A stretch of 64,000 nucleotides of DNA from an uncultured virus (IMG/VR IMGVR_UViG_3300028897_000536). Its lineage: Duplodnaviria > Heunggongvirae > Uroviricota > Caudoviricetes. Each line of letters starts with the position of its first letter. The stretch's first letter is position 1. The stretch is from IMG/VR virus record IMGVR_UViG_3300028897_000536. One strand, 5' to 3'. The notes beneath the pieces were generated by a model that searched no databases, was not told where the DNA came from, and saw only the letters and a list, made by a program, of their open reading frames with translations. A program made the translations under genes and the position numbers. Positions 30,701-40,517 of the stretch are shown here, piece by piece.

Positions 30701-30939
30701 TAGAAAAAAGAGAAGGAAATATTTCTAAAAAAGAAATAGAAGAAGAATACAAAGAAAATAACATTGAACTTAGTAAATTAAGAGTCTTACATAAGAAAAC
30801 AAAGAAAGCTCATGATGTTATGGCTTTTGATGAAGACCATAAAGATCATGTAAAAAATATAAACTGGGATTTAATGATTCAAAGAAATATTGATAACAAG
30901 AAAGATGTTATATTCGAAGCAATGGGGTGGAAAGAATGA
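27706..30939 (+). CDS. polB: Family B DNA polymerase precursor containing one intein
   Basis: Exo DIEV, NFDY; motif A YDLSSAYP; motif B K..VNSAYG; motif C YIDTDS; KGVE; likely start ATG 27706 rather than TTG 27646. Confidence 0.95.
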   Translation: MKIVNIDNSGRTIYLFCRKDNGELEIIEKNDFFPYFYDIHPEGEFKSFDGNRLKKMFVSIPSDVPTKRRKDSYEADILFVKRYLIDKVDKLEKCSIKYAFIDIEVLADELPNVEEAKNTISCISIYNSLYKTIQSFYLGNYKTEYELIEDFIKYMQKEKFDLWLSWNVNFDYNYLYNRIPDFAKRISPIEQTRYGNKDIYYPAGISIVDYLGWFKKVTLNRAKSYALDNVAQEYLKEETYNKIDFSKLSRDILEKNINDIKRMIKLEQKFQIVDYFDEIRRLSKVEWEDMLWNSRVIDMLLLQEAKNQNIILPMKPTEDRGTLTEKEEYEGAFREAYELGAHFGITEYDLSSAYPFAIIDFCLDPSNIIYTNIHSDSDEPYLPEHIQIENTLFEQNPNALLPTITKKLIELKKQYKGQGKKYDAIKTVVNSAYGVFGNRFFRLYDKRVASATTYLVRDLLKYVKEKIESKGYKVIYIDTDSVFINTEENLTNILNEIVQEWANKKGKDKVNIEFEYKGLFERLLILAKCLDGRSKILTEEGYKTIQWIHTNKYRGNVVSLGKFSQLEYKPIINSFKIPLQHRKLYKVVLEENINNSRNYGAILTEDHRILTEEGYKELKYLSKKDKIHTGYYQPIGDIYEMLLGTLLGDSSISKNNLLSCAHSQNQKEYLEFKANLLGYKNKIKKQAINDKYISYRFTSNSEYYLKKLRKKLYNKKGKKIITKDLLKDYSYISLAFHFLDDGYLRKTRYYSSELAMCGYTNKEILLLSNRIKELGINNKITKNKRIYFTVKQTKKLSWLICNYVPSCMNYKLLLEHRNLVAPYEYFNSKKPIYDTFKLISYNCKQKSVYDIEIKDNSNFMTLSGIVHNCRYVGYARTKKGIEKKVKGVEMKRKDSTIFMKKFQEDLIEQILNKYEKDNIMGWIENQKTMIKYMPLEDIAFPCKLSRKVEEYKNTPIFVRALEYSNLNKKVGDTFYYIYVKANDIDVSVTTEIYDDKELLEKREGNISKKEIEEEYKENNIELSKLRVLHKKTKKAHDVMAFDEDHKDHVKNINWDLMIQRNIDNKKDVIFEAMGWKE
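29290..30309 (+). mobile_element. Intein (340 aa) with a LAGLIDADG endonuclease domain
   Basis: Begins CLDGRSKI; block B LTEDH; LLGTLLGDSSI and FLDDG; ends VYDIEI...IVHN followed by Cys+1. Confidence 0.93.
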
Positions 30940-31708
30940 GATGGTACTTAGCAAAAAATAATTTACCAAAATCAGATCGATTATGCGAATTAATTTGTGA
31001 AAATGGTAAAGCTATAGGACATTATGTTAGATTTCCAGGAGATCCAGATGAATCAATTGAAGGTTGGATGGTTGATGTAACAAAAAGATTTATAAAAGAT
31101 ATAAAATTAGATATTGGTCAAATATTAAAATGGAGATATTTAAAAAAGAAGGAGGAATAAAATGGGATATTTGTTATTTGTAGTAATAGTAGCATTAGTA
31201 TCGTTTGTAGCTGGAATGTTTGTTCAAGCGAAAAATAATATTATTAAATATTAAAAAAGGAGGGATTTATGGTAGCTTATGTAGTAGTTGTAAGAGATAA
31301 AGAGAGAGAATCTAAGAATCTACCGCAAAAGATAGCAAACGCTAATCGTCAAATTGCAGTTTTTAGTCATAAGAAACTAGTAAAAATATTAGAGTTAATT
31401 GACAACAAAAATTTTGAATTATTAGATGTTAAAAATGCTGGTGCTTTAGAAAATGAATCAGATTTTGAAAAAGAAGTTATTGAAAGAAATAGACCTAATG
31501 ATTTAAATATTAATCTAAAAAAGAAAGAGGAGAAAGAGGAGGAATAATATGATTACTAGTAAAGATGTCAGAGAAGAAATTAAAAATGCAGAAGAAGTAA
31601 TTAGTAAAGAATCTTCACAGGCTATTAAAGCATTATTTAAATTAATCACCGTTGTAATTAAAATTGCATTAGGCAATCGCACAAATACTGTAAAGATTAT
31701 GGATAAAC

Positions 31709-32032
31709 TTGAAATTCCTAGAGCTAGACAGAGAAAAGGAGAAAAAGTTGAAGAAGCCGAATAAGAAAAAAGGACAAAAATGGGAACAGAAATGTCAACG
31801 AACAATTAATAGTGGACAACTTTATTTTTCTAAAGGTGATTTACAAACTAAAAATTATGTAATTGAATGTAAATATACCGAGAAAAAAGGATACAGAATA
31901 AGTACAAAAATGATTAAAAAGATATGGGATGAAGCTTTAGATGCAAATAAGCTTCCTGCTATAGTAATAGGTATTAAAGATGAAAATTGTGTTTGGAAGT
32001 TAAAGGTTTCTATAGAAAAGGAGGTAAGATAA
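31709..32032 (+). CDS. PD-(D/E)xK nuclease, Holliday junction resolvase-like
   Basis: GQKWE, SG..KGD, VIECK motifs. Confidence 0.7.
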   Translation: MKFLELDREKEKKLKKPNKKKGQKWEQKCQRTINSGQLYFSKGDLQTKNYVIECKYTEKKGYRISTKMIKKIWDEALDANKLPAIVIGIKDENCVWKLKVSIEKEVR

Positions 32033-33153
32033 TGAAGTGGAATGATGATAAAAAAGCTTTGTTACAGGCTTATTTAAATCAAGGATTAACATATGCTGAA
32101 ATAGCAAAAAAATTAAGTTTATCTTATGACCAGATAAAACATGCAATAAGAAGATATAGTTTAAAAATTACAGATACTGAAAGTTCTCTATTTGTAAAAC
32201 CTAAAAATCAATTAAAAAGAGACGATGTTACTCAACTAGCTAGACTTATAGGAGAAAAACTTTATGAAAATTATAAAGTAATAAAATTACAAGAACCTAA
32301 TCCAATTAAAACAAAAGGCAAAAGAGAAGAAATATCTATTTTAGATATTTCAGATGTTCATATAGGTATGATAAATGAAGTTTTTGACAGCGATGCAGGA
32401 AAAAAAGTTATTACCTATAATATGGATATATTCAAAAATGAATTAGAAAATCTCCAGAGAAGTATATTTGAAATTCATTCAATTTTAAGTAATTCGTATA
32501 AACTAAAAGAATTAGTGATTTTCGTACTTGGAGATCTAATTACAAATGATAGAATATTTCCAGAACAAACATTTGAAATTGAAAAATGTGTGGGATTGCA
32601 AGTTTGGGATGGAGTAAATTATTTTACAAAATTCTTTAATAATTTACTTAAAATTTATGAAAAAATTACGATTGTATGTGTTGTAGGCAATCATGGAAGA
32701 TCAAATCCAACTCATTATAACGAACCAGTAGAAAATAATTTTGAATATTTTATTTACAAAACATGGGAAAAACAATTTGCTAATAGTAAAAGAATAAATG
32801 TAGTAGTTCCTTCTACTCGTAGATATATTTATAAAATACTTAATTGGAGACATTTAATTGAACATGGAGACTCTATGAGAGGAACTACAGATAGTTACAT
32901 TGAAAAGCAAATTAAAGATCTTAGAATTAATGTAGGCGGATTTGATGTATTTCACTATGGGCATTTTCACAAATTAAAAGAAAGAGAAATTTCGGATAAA
33001 GTAATTGTTAAACAAAATGGCTGTTGGATATTAAAAGATGATTATGGATTTAGAAAATTTAAGAATTATTCAATTCCAAAACAATCTTTCTTTGGATGCA
33101 ACGCTAAAAGGGCAGAAACTTGGTCGTATAAATTGGACTTGAGAAACATTTAG
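32032..33153 (+). CDS. HTH + calcineurin-like metallophosphoesterase
   Basis: N-terminal HTH (LTYAEIAKKL); SDVHIG, GDL, GNHGR, HGD, GHFH; start ATG 32032 after GGAGG. Confidence 0.85.
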   Translation: MKWNDDKKALLQAYLNQGLTYAEIAKKLSLSYDQIKHAIRRYSLKITDTESSLFVKPKNQLKRDDVTQLARLIGEKLYENYKVIKLQEPNPIKTKGKREEISILDISDVHIGMINEVFDSDAGKKVITYNMDIFKNELENLQRSIFEIHSILSNSYKLKELVIFVLGDLITNDRIFPEQTFEIEKCVGLQVWDGVNYFTKFFNNLLKIYEKITIVCVVGNHGRSNPTHYNEPVENNFEYFIYKTWEKQFANSKRINVVVPSTRRYIYKILNWRHLIEHGDSMRGTTDSYIEKQIKDLRINVGGFDVFHYGHFHKLKEREISDKVIVKQNGCWILKDDYGFRKFKNYSIPKQSFFGCNAKRAETWSYKLDLRNI

Positions 33154-33683
33154 TTTAAAGGAGTATAATGGATAATATATCTGAAACCGTTACATTTTTA
33201 ATCGGAAAAATAGGCTATGATATTTTAGATAATATTGTAGCTCCTATGGCAGGTATAGGATCGCCTTTTGCAAATCTATATTTAGCTACAATTAATGATC
33301 ACACATGCGATGAAATTTTAGATATAAAAATAATTAATAAAGTTATAGAAAGATATAAATTGCAAAAAGAAGAATATTTAGATGAATTTTTGGTTGATTT
33401 TCCAATAGCTTTGCTTGCTCTTTATATTATTGAAAATGGAGATCTATCAATAATAAAATGATAAAAATTAGAAGTCCAATTTGGAAAACCAGAAGTATCG
33501 GTATAGCTGAACATAAATTAAAAGGTAATACAAAGATAGAGATACTTTATCGATTAAAAGACGGTAAGAAACTATATCCTGATATTTATAATATAAGCAA
33601 GAAAGAAGCTTTAAAGTATCCTATTCAATATGTAAAAGGAGTTAAATTAAGGATAATACCTATAGAAAAATTAAAAAAATAAA

Positions 33684-34448
33684 ATGTTACCTAAAAAATT
33701 AATACAATTAAAAGAATTATCTGAATGGGCTATTTTAATTGGATATAGAGGATCTATAGCTCATGGTTTATATGTTCCTCAAGAAAATCCTAATTCTATT
33801 GACGATAAAGATATAATGAGCATTATAATTCCTTCTAAAGAATATTATTTAGGATTAAAAGAATTTGGATCAAAAGGTACTAAAGAAATCAAGCAAGATG
33901 AATGGGATATTGTTATCTATGAAGTTAAAAAATTTATTAATTTACTTTCTAAAGGAAATCCAAATGTACTTTCTATGTTATGGCTACCAGAAGATTGTTA
34001 TATCTATTTATCAGAAGAAGGTAAAGAATTGATCAAAAATAGAAATTTATTTGTTAGTAAACAAGTATATCATAGCTTTGTAGGATATGCTTATGGTCAA
34101 TTACATCGTATGACGCATCAAGCTTTTCAAGGATATATGGGAGAAAAAAGAAAAAAACTAGTAAAAGAATTTGGATACGATACTAAAAATGCTTCTCATT
34201 TAATTAGACTTTTAAGAATGGGAATAGAATTTTTAGTTGAAGGTAAATTATATGTGAGAAGAAAAGATAGCCATGAATTATTATCTATAAAAAGAGGAGA
34301 ATGGTCATTAGAAAAAGTTAAAGAAACAGCTACTGATTTATTTAAAAAAGCTGAATTAGCTTATATAAATTCTTTTTTGCCTAATGAAATAGATATAGAT
34401 AAAATAAATAGTTTATGTATTAAAATATTAGAAAGGAGATTAAAATGA
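33684..34448 (+). CDS. Pol-beta superfamily nucleotidyltransferase (YcgL/RlaP-like)
   Basis: RGSIAHG, DDKD, GNPNVL, YDTKNASHLIRLL, LLSIKRG. Confidence 0.85.
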   Translation: MLPKKLIQLKELSEWAILIGYRGSIAHGLYVPQENPNSIDDKDIMSIIIPSKEYYLGLKEFGSKGTKEIKQDEWDIVIYEVKKFINLLSKGNPNVLSMLWLPEDCYIYLSEEGKELIKNRNLFVSKQVYHSFVGYAYGQLHRMTHQAFQGYMGEKRKKLVKEFGYDTKNASHLIRLLRMGIEFLVEGKLYVRRKDSHELLSIKRGEWSLEKVKETATDLFKKAELAYINSFLPNEIDIDKINSLCIKILERRLK

Positions 34449-34608
34449 AAAAATGGCTAATTTCTCATTCATTATGGACAATTATATGGCTTAAATATTG
34501 GCTATGGGCTCTTCCTTTAGCTTGTATTACATTAGGTTGGTCTATTCTTTGGGATGTTTATGCAGGAAAATGGATGGAAAAAACTAAAAAGAAAGCCGAT
34601 TCTTATTT

Positions 34609-35499
34609 ATGAAAATTATCATAATAGGCGATCTACATATTGCAGAAAAATCGATTCCTGAACTTAAAGGAATATTAGGAGAGATTTTTCAATATAAGGC
34701 AGATAGAATTATTCAACTAGGAGATTTTTATGACAGTAATCGTCCAACACCTAAAGAATTAGAATTTGGAACTGAAATAATTAATCAAATGAAAAAAAGA
34801 TATAAAGATGTAACAATATTATCTGGAACAGGGAAACACGATTTTCTTAATAATGCTTCTGTTGTAGATTATTTACAACATTTCGGAGTAAGAACTCCTG
34901 GAATAACTTATGAAATAGAGATTGACGGATTGAAATGTTTCTTTGGACATTTTATGACTAACAAAAGTTTATTAGAATACGGTTCTCATTCTTTTACAGT
35001 TACTGATTTAGAAGCGAAATATGACTTAGTGATATTAGGACATCAGCATACTTTTCAAAAAATATCAGATAAAATTTATCATCTAGGCTCTATTTTATAT
35101 CAGCATTTTAATGAATTAAAAGACATTAAACAATTTGCAATAATTGAAGATGGTCAATTATATTTAAATCTTTTAAAAACTCCAATTCCAATGGTAGAAG
35201 TTATTATAGATTCTCCAAAACAAATTAAAGTATTAGATAATATTCTACCTAAAAACAAAGTAAGATTAGTTTTTCCAAATTTTGAATTATTTAAAAAAAG
35301 TATAAATAATTTTGCTGAATGGAAAAATAAATTTAATGAATTCAAAGTTAAATTAGATTTTAAAAATACTCAATTAATGACAGCCAAAAAAGAAAATAAA
35401 AATTTACAAGTCATTGTGAATGAATGGGTTAGAAAAATTGAAGATAAAGAAGTTAGAGAAGAATTAGAAACAGAATTTAAAGAAGAAGGATTATTATGA
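34609..35499 (+). CDS. SbcD/Mre11-like nuclease subunit
   Basis: IGDLH, LGDFYD, GKHD, LGHQH, HLGS; adjacent to an SMC-like ATPase. Confidence 0.85.
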   Translation: MKIIIIGDLHIAEKSIPELKGILGEIFQYKADRIIQLGDFYDSNRPTPKELEFGTEIINQMKKRYKDVTILSGTGKHDFLNNASVVDYLQHFGVRTPGITYEIEIDGLKCFFGHFMTNKSLLEYGSHSFTVTDLEAKYDLVILGHQHTFQKISDKIYHLGSILYQHFNELKDIKQFAIIEDGQLYLNLLKTPIPMVEVIIDSPKQIKVLDNILPKNKVRLVFPNFELFKKSINNFAEWKNKFNEFKVKLDFKNTQLMTAKKENKNLQVIVNEWVRKIEDKEVREELETEFKEEGLL

Positions 35500-35619
35500 A
35501 ATATAAAATAAGAGAAATAAAAGTTATTAATGTATCTAAATTTATAAAAAAGATAGGAGATCCTATTGATGTTCCAAAACCAGATAAAGAATTAGGAAAT
35601 AAAATTATAGATAATTATT

Positions 35620-37020
35620 ATGATAATAAAGAAGATTAAATTAAATAATTTTAAAAATTTTGAAGGTGAACATATCTTTGAATTCTCTAAAACTAATATA
35701 ATTCAAGGAGAGAACGGTTCTGGTAAATCTACTTTAGCAGTAGATAGTTTATTATTTGCTTTATTTGGATATAGTGAACAAACTCTAGAAAAATTACTAA
35801 CAAGATGGTCAAATTCTAATACTTGTTTGGTAACTGTAGAAATAGATGATTATATTATAACTAGAGAATATCCTACTAAAGTAACTATTATAAAAGATAA
35901 AGAAGAATTAAAATTTACTACTAATAGAGAAGCTCAATCTTATTTAAATGATATATTTGGAGATGTAACTCAATTCAAAAAATTTAGAATGATAGACAAT
36001 TCTAAAGGTATTAATATATTAGAAGAAGGAAAAACCGCCTTAAAAAAGACATTATTATCTTTTAATCAAGATTTATTAAATAATATAAGAGAAAGATTAT
36101 TGAAAAAGAAAAGAGATAGAGAAATTTGGAATAAAGATAAAGCTGTTATTTATAGTTTATATCCTTCAGAAAAAAGATTAAATTTAATTAAATCTAAATT
36201 AACAGAAATAAGAGACAGTTTTTATAATATAGAAAGAGAAATTAATGAATTACTTAGAGAATATAATGGATATATTAATAAACAAGGACAATTAGAAAAT
36301 AGAAAAGAAACAGTTAAATGGCAAAGAGATCAGTTATTACAAACTACAGAATGTTATGCTTGTAAACAATTACTTCAAGAAAATATTAAAAATAAATTAT
36401 TGACAGAGAAAAATGAAGAAACCATGACGTTAAATGATAATTTAAAAGAAAATTTAGAAATTTTAAAAGAAACTCAAGAAATAATAGAACAACATAAAAT
36501 TGTTAAAGAAAAAATTAGAAATAGATCTTTAAAATTAACTGAATTATCCAGAAAGTTAGAAGCTAGAATTAAGCAGAAAGATTATAAATATACTGAAAAA
36601 GATATTTTAATTATGAAAAAAAGTATTACGGAATTAGATAATTTTTATTCTTATTATATTGCAGAGTGGGTAAAAGTATTAGAACCAATTATAAATTCAA
36701 TAATTAGTAAAATAAATTTTTCTATAAAGTTTATATATGATAAAGATTTTGATATTAAACTATATAAAAATGAACAAGAATATGATTATAAAGATTTAAG
36801 TACTGGACAAAAATTAATATTAAGTATAGCATTTAAATTAGCTTTATTATTAGAAAAAAATAAAACAGGAATAGTAATAGCTGATGAAGGATTTAGTAGC
36901 TTAGACAATCCTAATTTAAAATTTGTATTAGATTTTTTTAAAGATACCCCATTTCAATTATTTGCTATTATTCATAGATTAGAAACTATTCCAGAAGGAG
37001 TTAAAGAGATTAAATTATGA
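35620..37020 (+). CDS. SbcC/Rad50-like ATPase subunit
   Basis: GENGSGKST, coiled coil with CYAC hook, LSTGQ signature, ADEGFSSLD. Confidence 0.9.
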   Translation: MIIKKIKLNNFKNFEGEHIFEFSKTNIIQGENGSGKSTLAVDSLLFALFGYSEQTLEKLLTRWSNSNTCLVTVEIDDYIITREYPTKVTIIKDKEELKFTTNREAQSYLNDIFGDVTQFKKFRMIDNSKGINILEEGKTALKKTLLSFNQDLLNNIRERLLKKKRDREIWNKDKAVIYSLYPSEKRLNLIKSKLTEIRDSFYNIEREINELLREYNGYINKQGQLENRKETVKWQRDQLLQTTECYACKQLLQENIKNKLLTEKNEETMTLNDNLKENLEILKETQEIIEQHKIVKEKIRNRSLKLTELSRKLEARIKQKDYKYTEKDILIMKKSITELDNFYSYYIAEWVKVLEPIINSIISKINFSIKFIYDKDFDIKLYKNEQEYDYKDLSTGQKLILSIAFKLALLLEKNKTGIVIADEGFSSLDNPNLKFVLDFFKDTPFQLFAIIHRLETIPEGVKEIKL

Positions 37021-37322
37021 GTAAAAGATTATTATTATTAAAATTTTTAGCTACATTAATGAATTATTTCGATTATCTTACAACTATTATAGGAGTCCGT
37101 AAATATGGCTGTAAAGAGATAAATCCTATAGGAAGATGGTTATTAAAAAACGATATAAGGCTTATTTTAATAAAAATAGTCTTAGTTAGTTTGGTGATAG
37201 GATTTTTTATGGATAATGAATTAAATCTTATAATTTTTATTGTAGTATTTAGTTTGGTTTCTATAAATAACTATATAAATATATTAAAGGCGAAAAGGAG
37301 GCTGAAAAAAAATGGGAGTTAA
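37017..37322 (+). CDS. Small membrane protein (DUF5658-like)
   Basis: NYFDYLTT..G..EINP motif and three hydrophobic segments. Confidence 0.65.
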   Translation: MSKRLLLLKFLATLMNYFDYLTTIIGVRKYGCKEINPIGRWLLKNDIRLILIKIVLVSLVIGFFMDNELNLIIFIVVFSLVSINNYINILKAKRRLKKNGS

Positions 37323-37646
37323 GAGATCTTTGAATCCATTAAGACGATTTTCTGAATGGTATCTTCGAAGAGAATATATGAAAATTCAGAAACAGGATCA
37401 ACAAGATAAAGCTAAACAGGCAGATTTTCAAAGAAAAGTAGCATTGCAAAGAGTACAAATTTTAAGAGAATTTATTAAAGAATTAAATGAAAATATATTA
37501 CCTAATCGAAGAGCTAGAAAGAATTTTTGGCTAAGAGAAAGTAAAGGAGATCATGTTTTGGAAGAATATTTAGATCGAATTATTGAACATTATACTCCAA
37601 AACCTAAAGTTAAAGTTGAAGAAGTTAAAGAAAAAAAGGAGGAAAA

Positions 37647-37889
37647 ATGAGTTTGGAGACTAAATTATTACAAGTTTTAGCAGATAGTCTAGATCGTATA
37701 GTCCAACTAGATGATGTTGTATTAAATGCTTCTGCTATTGATGGAAGAGACATAGTTATGACTATCGAAGATGAATTGAAGGTAGATATCCCTGATGAAG
37801 ATGCAGAAAATTTATATACAGTTAAGGATATTCTTAATTATTTAACAACAAAATATCCAGAAAAAGATCAACCAGAAGAACAAAAATGA
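37647..37889 (+). CDS. Acyl carrier protein-like protein lacking the canonical Ser
   Basis: IVMTIEDELKVDIPDEDAENLYTVKDILNYL matches ACP helices II-IV; acidic. Confidence 0.75.
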   Translation: MSLETKLLQVLADSLDRIVQLDDVVLNASAIDGRDIVMTIEDELKVDIPDEDAENLYTVKDILNYLTTKYPEKDQPEEQK

Positions 37890-38162
37890 AATGTAAAAAG
37901 TGCAAACGAGAATTACCTAACAAAAAATTTATAACAAAAAATGGATGTAAATGGTGCGATTATAAATATCATAAAAAATGAGTAAATTAATCTCTGTTAA
38001 ATTAAAAAAATATCTTATTGATCAATTAAAAGACAGAAATATTTTAGTTGATGTAAAAGAATGTCCTATAGTAGTAGAAGGAGAACTATGTTATATAGTT
38101 ACTTTTTCTGATATTAATAATACAGAACATTTTTCTATTTATTATCCAGCAAAGAAAATTTT

Positions 38163-38906
38163 ATGATTTATACTAAACAAGAAATAGATATATTAAGAGA
38201 AGCTGGTTTTATATTATCTGATATATTAGAAAATGTAGCAACTATAGCTAAGATTCCTGGAACTTCAGCTTATGATTTAGAAATTCTAGCAGAAACTTTA
38301 ATTAAGGAATATAAAATCGAGCCAGCTTTTAAGGGATATAGAGGATATCCTAATTGTTTATGTGTATCTATTAATGAAGAAATTATTCATGGACTTCCAA
38401 AGAAAGATAAGATTATTAAAAAAGGAGATATAGTTAGTTTAGATTTAGGTATAGTATATAAAGGATATTATTCAGATAAAGCTATTACTTTTATTATAGG
38501 AGAAAGATCAAGAAAAATAAAAAAATTAGTAAAAGCAACATTAGAATCTCTTTTTATGGGATTATTAGAAATATATCCAGGAAATTATTTATCAAATGTT
38601 TCTAATGCTATACAAACTCATTTAGAAAATAACGGATTATCTGTAATTAAAACATTTGCTGGACATGGAATAGGAAAAGAATTACACGAATTTCCTTTAG
38701 TTCCTAATTATGGGAATAAAGACGAAGGTCTTATTTTAAAAGAAGGAATGGTATTTACTTTAGAACCAATGGCTACATTAGGTAAATCAGATATCGAAAT
38801 TTTAGATGATGGATGGACAGTTGTAACAAAAGATAAAAAATTATCAGCTCATTTTGAACATACTATAGTTGTAACTAAAGAAGAAGGAGAAATTTTAACA
38901 ATATGA
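38163..38906 (+). CDS. map: Methionine aminopeptidase type I
   Basis: CVSINEEIIHG, DLG, YSD, GHGIG..LHE, LEPM, SAHFEHT. Confidence 0.95.
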   Translation: MIYTKQEIDILREAGFILSDILENVATIAKIPGTSAYDLEILAETLIKEYKIEPAFKGYRGYPNCLCVSINEEIIHGLPKKDKIIKKGDIVSLDLGIVYKGYYSDKAITFIIGERSRKIKKLVKATLESLFMGLLEIYPGNYLSNVSNAIQTHLENNGLSVIKTFAGHGIGKELHEFPLVPNYGNKDEGLILKEGMVFTLEPMATLGKSDIEILDDGWTVVTKDKKLSAHFEHTIVVTKEEGEILTI

Positions 38907-39045
38907 ATTTATTAAAATTAATTATATTTACATTAGGTTTTGTGTTAGTAATATTACCAATATCTTTATATTTTATTTTTGCTCAACGATATACATTTGA
39001 AGAAATTAAAAAATTTTTTATTATTTATTTTAGGAGTATGATAAA

Positions 39046-39435
39046 ATGAAATATACTATAGCTTTTGATATGGATAATACTATATGTACTTCTATAAGGA
39101 GAAATCATCAAGAAGATATACCTAAAGTTAAACCTAGAGAAAACATGATAAAACTTATTAGAGGACTAAAAAAGAAAGAACATAAAATAACTATATTTAC
39201 TAGAAGAGGAGCCAGCGGAAAAAATGCAAGAAAACTTACAGAAGAATGGTTAAAAAAATATGATATTCCTTATGATGAATTAATAATAGAAAAACCTCAT
39301 TATGATTTATTAATTGATGATAGAGCTATTTCTTGTCATAGAAATTTTTGGACTCCAGAATTTATAGAAATAGAAGCAGAATTTTGCAAAGAAGATATAA
39401 ATAAACATACATATAACCCAAGATGCAAAAAGTAA
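39046..39435 (+). CDS. Capless HAD-family phosphatase of the type found in capsule loci
   Basis: FDMDNT, FTRRG, WL..Y.IPYD, KP, IDDRA. Confidence 0.8.
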   Translation: MKYTIAFDMDNTICTSIRRNHQEDIPKVKPRENMIKLIRGLKKKEHKITIFTRRGASGKNARKLTEEWLKKYDIPYDELIIEKPHYDLLIDDRAISCHRNFWTPEFIEIEAEFCKEDINKHTYNPRCKK

Positions 39436-40091
39436 GTATTATATTAGCTGGAGGTAGTGGAAAGAGATTCGGATTAACAAAGCAATTTGTTCCGATACAT
39501 AATATTCCTCTTTTTATTTATACTTTAAAAATATTTGAAGGAACTCAAAAAATATTAGTAGTTCCTAAAGAGTTTAAAGATATTACAGTTTCTATTATAG
39601 AACAAAATAAAATTAAAGATACTATCGTAGTGGAAGGAGGAAAAACTCGACAAGAAAGTATTTATAATGCTTTACAATATTTAAAAGAACAAAATTACGA
39701 AGGTAAAGTTATTATTACAGATGCAAATAGACCTTTGTTAAAATCAAAAACAATATCAAGATGTTTTAATTATTTAAATAAATATGATGCAGTAATTACT
39801 GTATGTAAAAGTATAAATACTCCTTGCAGAATAAAAGAAAAATTCGAATATATATATGATAGAACTTATATGTACGATTTACTGATGCCACAATGTTTTG
39901 ATTTTGATTTATTATATAAAGCTCACCAAACTACTAAATTAGAAAATGCTACAGATGATACTCAAGTATTATTATCATATAAAAAGAACACTAAAATAAA
40001 AACAGTAAATATTTCATTTTGGGAAGGACTTAAATTAACTTACCCAAAGGATTATAAAATTTTTAAATATTTATTAAAGGAAGAGTTATGA
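39423..40091 (+). CDS. IspD/TarI-family cytidylyltransferase
   Basis: LAGGSGKRF..KQF, GGKTRQES, DANRP, PQCF, ATDD, KLTYPKD. Confidence 0.9.
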   Translation: MQKVSIILAGGSGKRFGLTKQFVPIHNIPLFIYTLKIFEGTQKILVVPKEFKDITVSIIEQNKIKDTIVVEGGKTRQESIYNALQYLKEQNYEGKVIITDANRPLLKSKTISRCFNYLNKYDAVITVCKSINTPCRIKEKFEYIYDRTYMYDLLMPQCFDFDLLYKAHQTTKLENATDDTQVLLSYKKNTKIKTVNISFWEGLKLTYPKDYKIFKYLLKEEL

Positions 40092-40298
40092 AACTTCGTA
40101 GGAAGAAAAAGCATAGACATACTTGGAAATTATTACTCGTTCCTGATAGGGTAGCTAAAAAGTGTGGGATATATGGCTGTCCTGCTTGCGGTAAAACTAA
40201 AGTAGTAGAATTATGAAACCTCGTAATAAAATACTGGAGAATATAGCTGTTTCAGATAGTCCACAAAAAGGTGGACTAAGTGAAATAAAGGAGGAACT

Positions 40299-40517
40299 AT
40301 GAAACCTCGCAGGGGAAAGAAGTTTGTTGTTAAAGAATTGCTAAGTTTAGAACCAGGTAAACATTATCTTCTTAAATTTCATCCTGGATTTGTTTCAGAA
40401 AAAGACTGTCATTCTTTTGTTGATTGGTGCAGAAGGAACAAAATAGATGTTTTTTGTTTTCCGACAGAAGATATAAAACAATTACAAATACAAGAGAAGC
40501 TAAAGGAGGAGAAATGA
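40299..40517 (+). CDS. Hypothetical protein
   Basis: 72-aa ORF with an AAGGAGG SD. Confidence 0.6.
   Translation: MKPRRGKKFVVKELLSLEPGKHYLLKFHPGFVSEKDCHSFVDWCRRNKIDVFCFPTEDIKQLQIQEKLKEEK

Noticed and set aside
23077..30939. Archaeal host suggested by PolB, Prim-Pol, SAMP-like Ubl and GGTGA SD motifs
   Set aside because: The consensus sigma70 promoter and bacterial-type RecA, RuvB, RuvC, type I MetAP and ACP favour a bacterial host; not formally excluded
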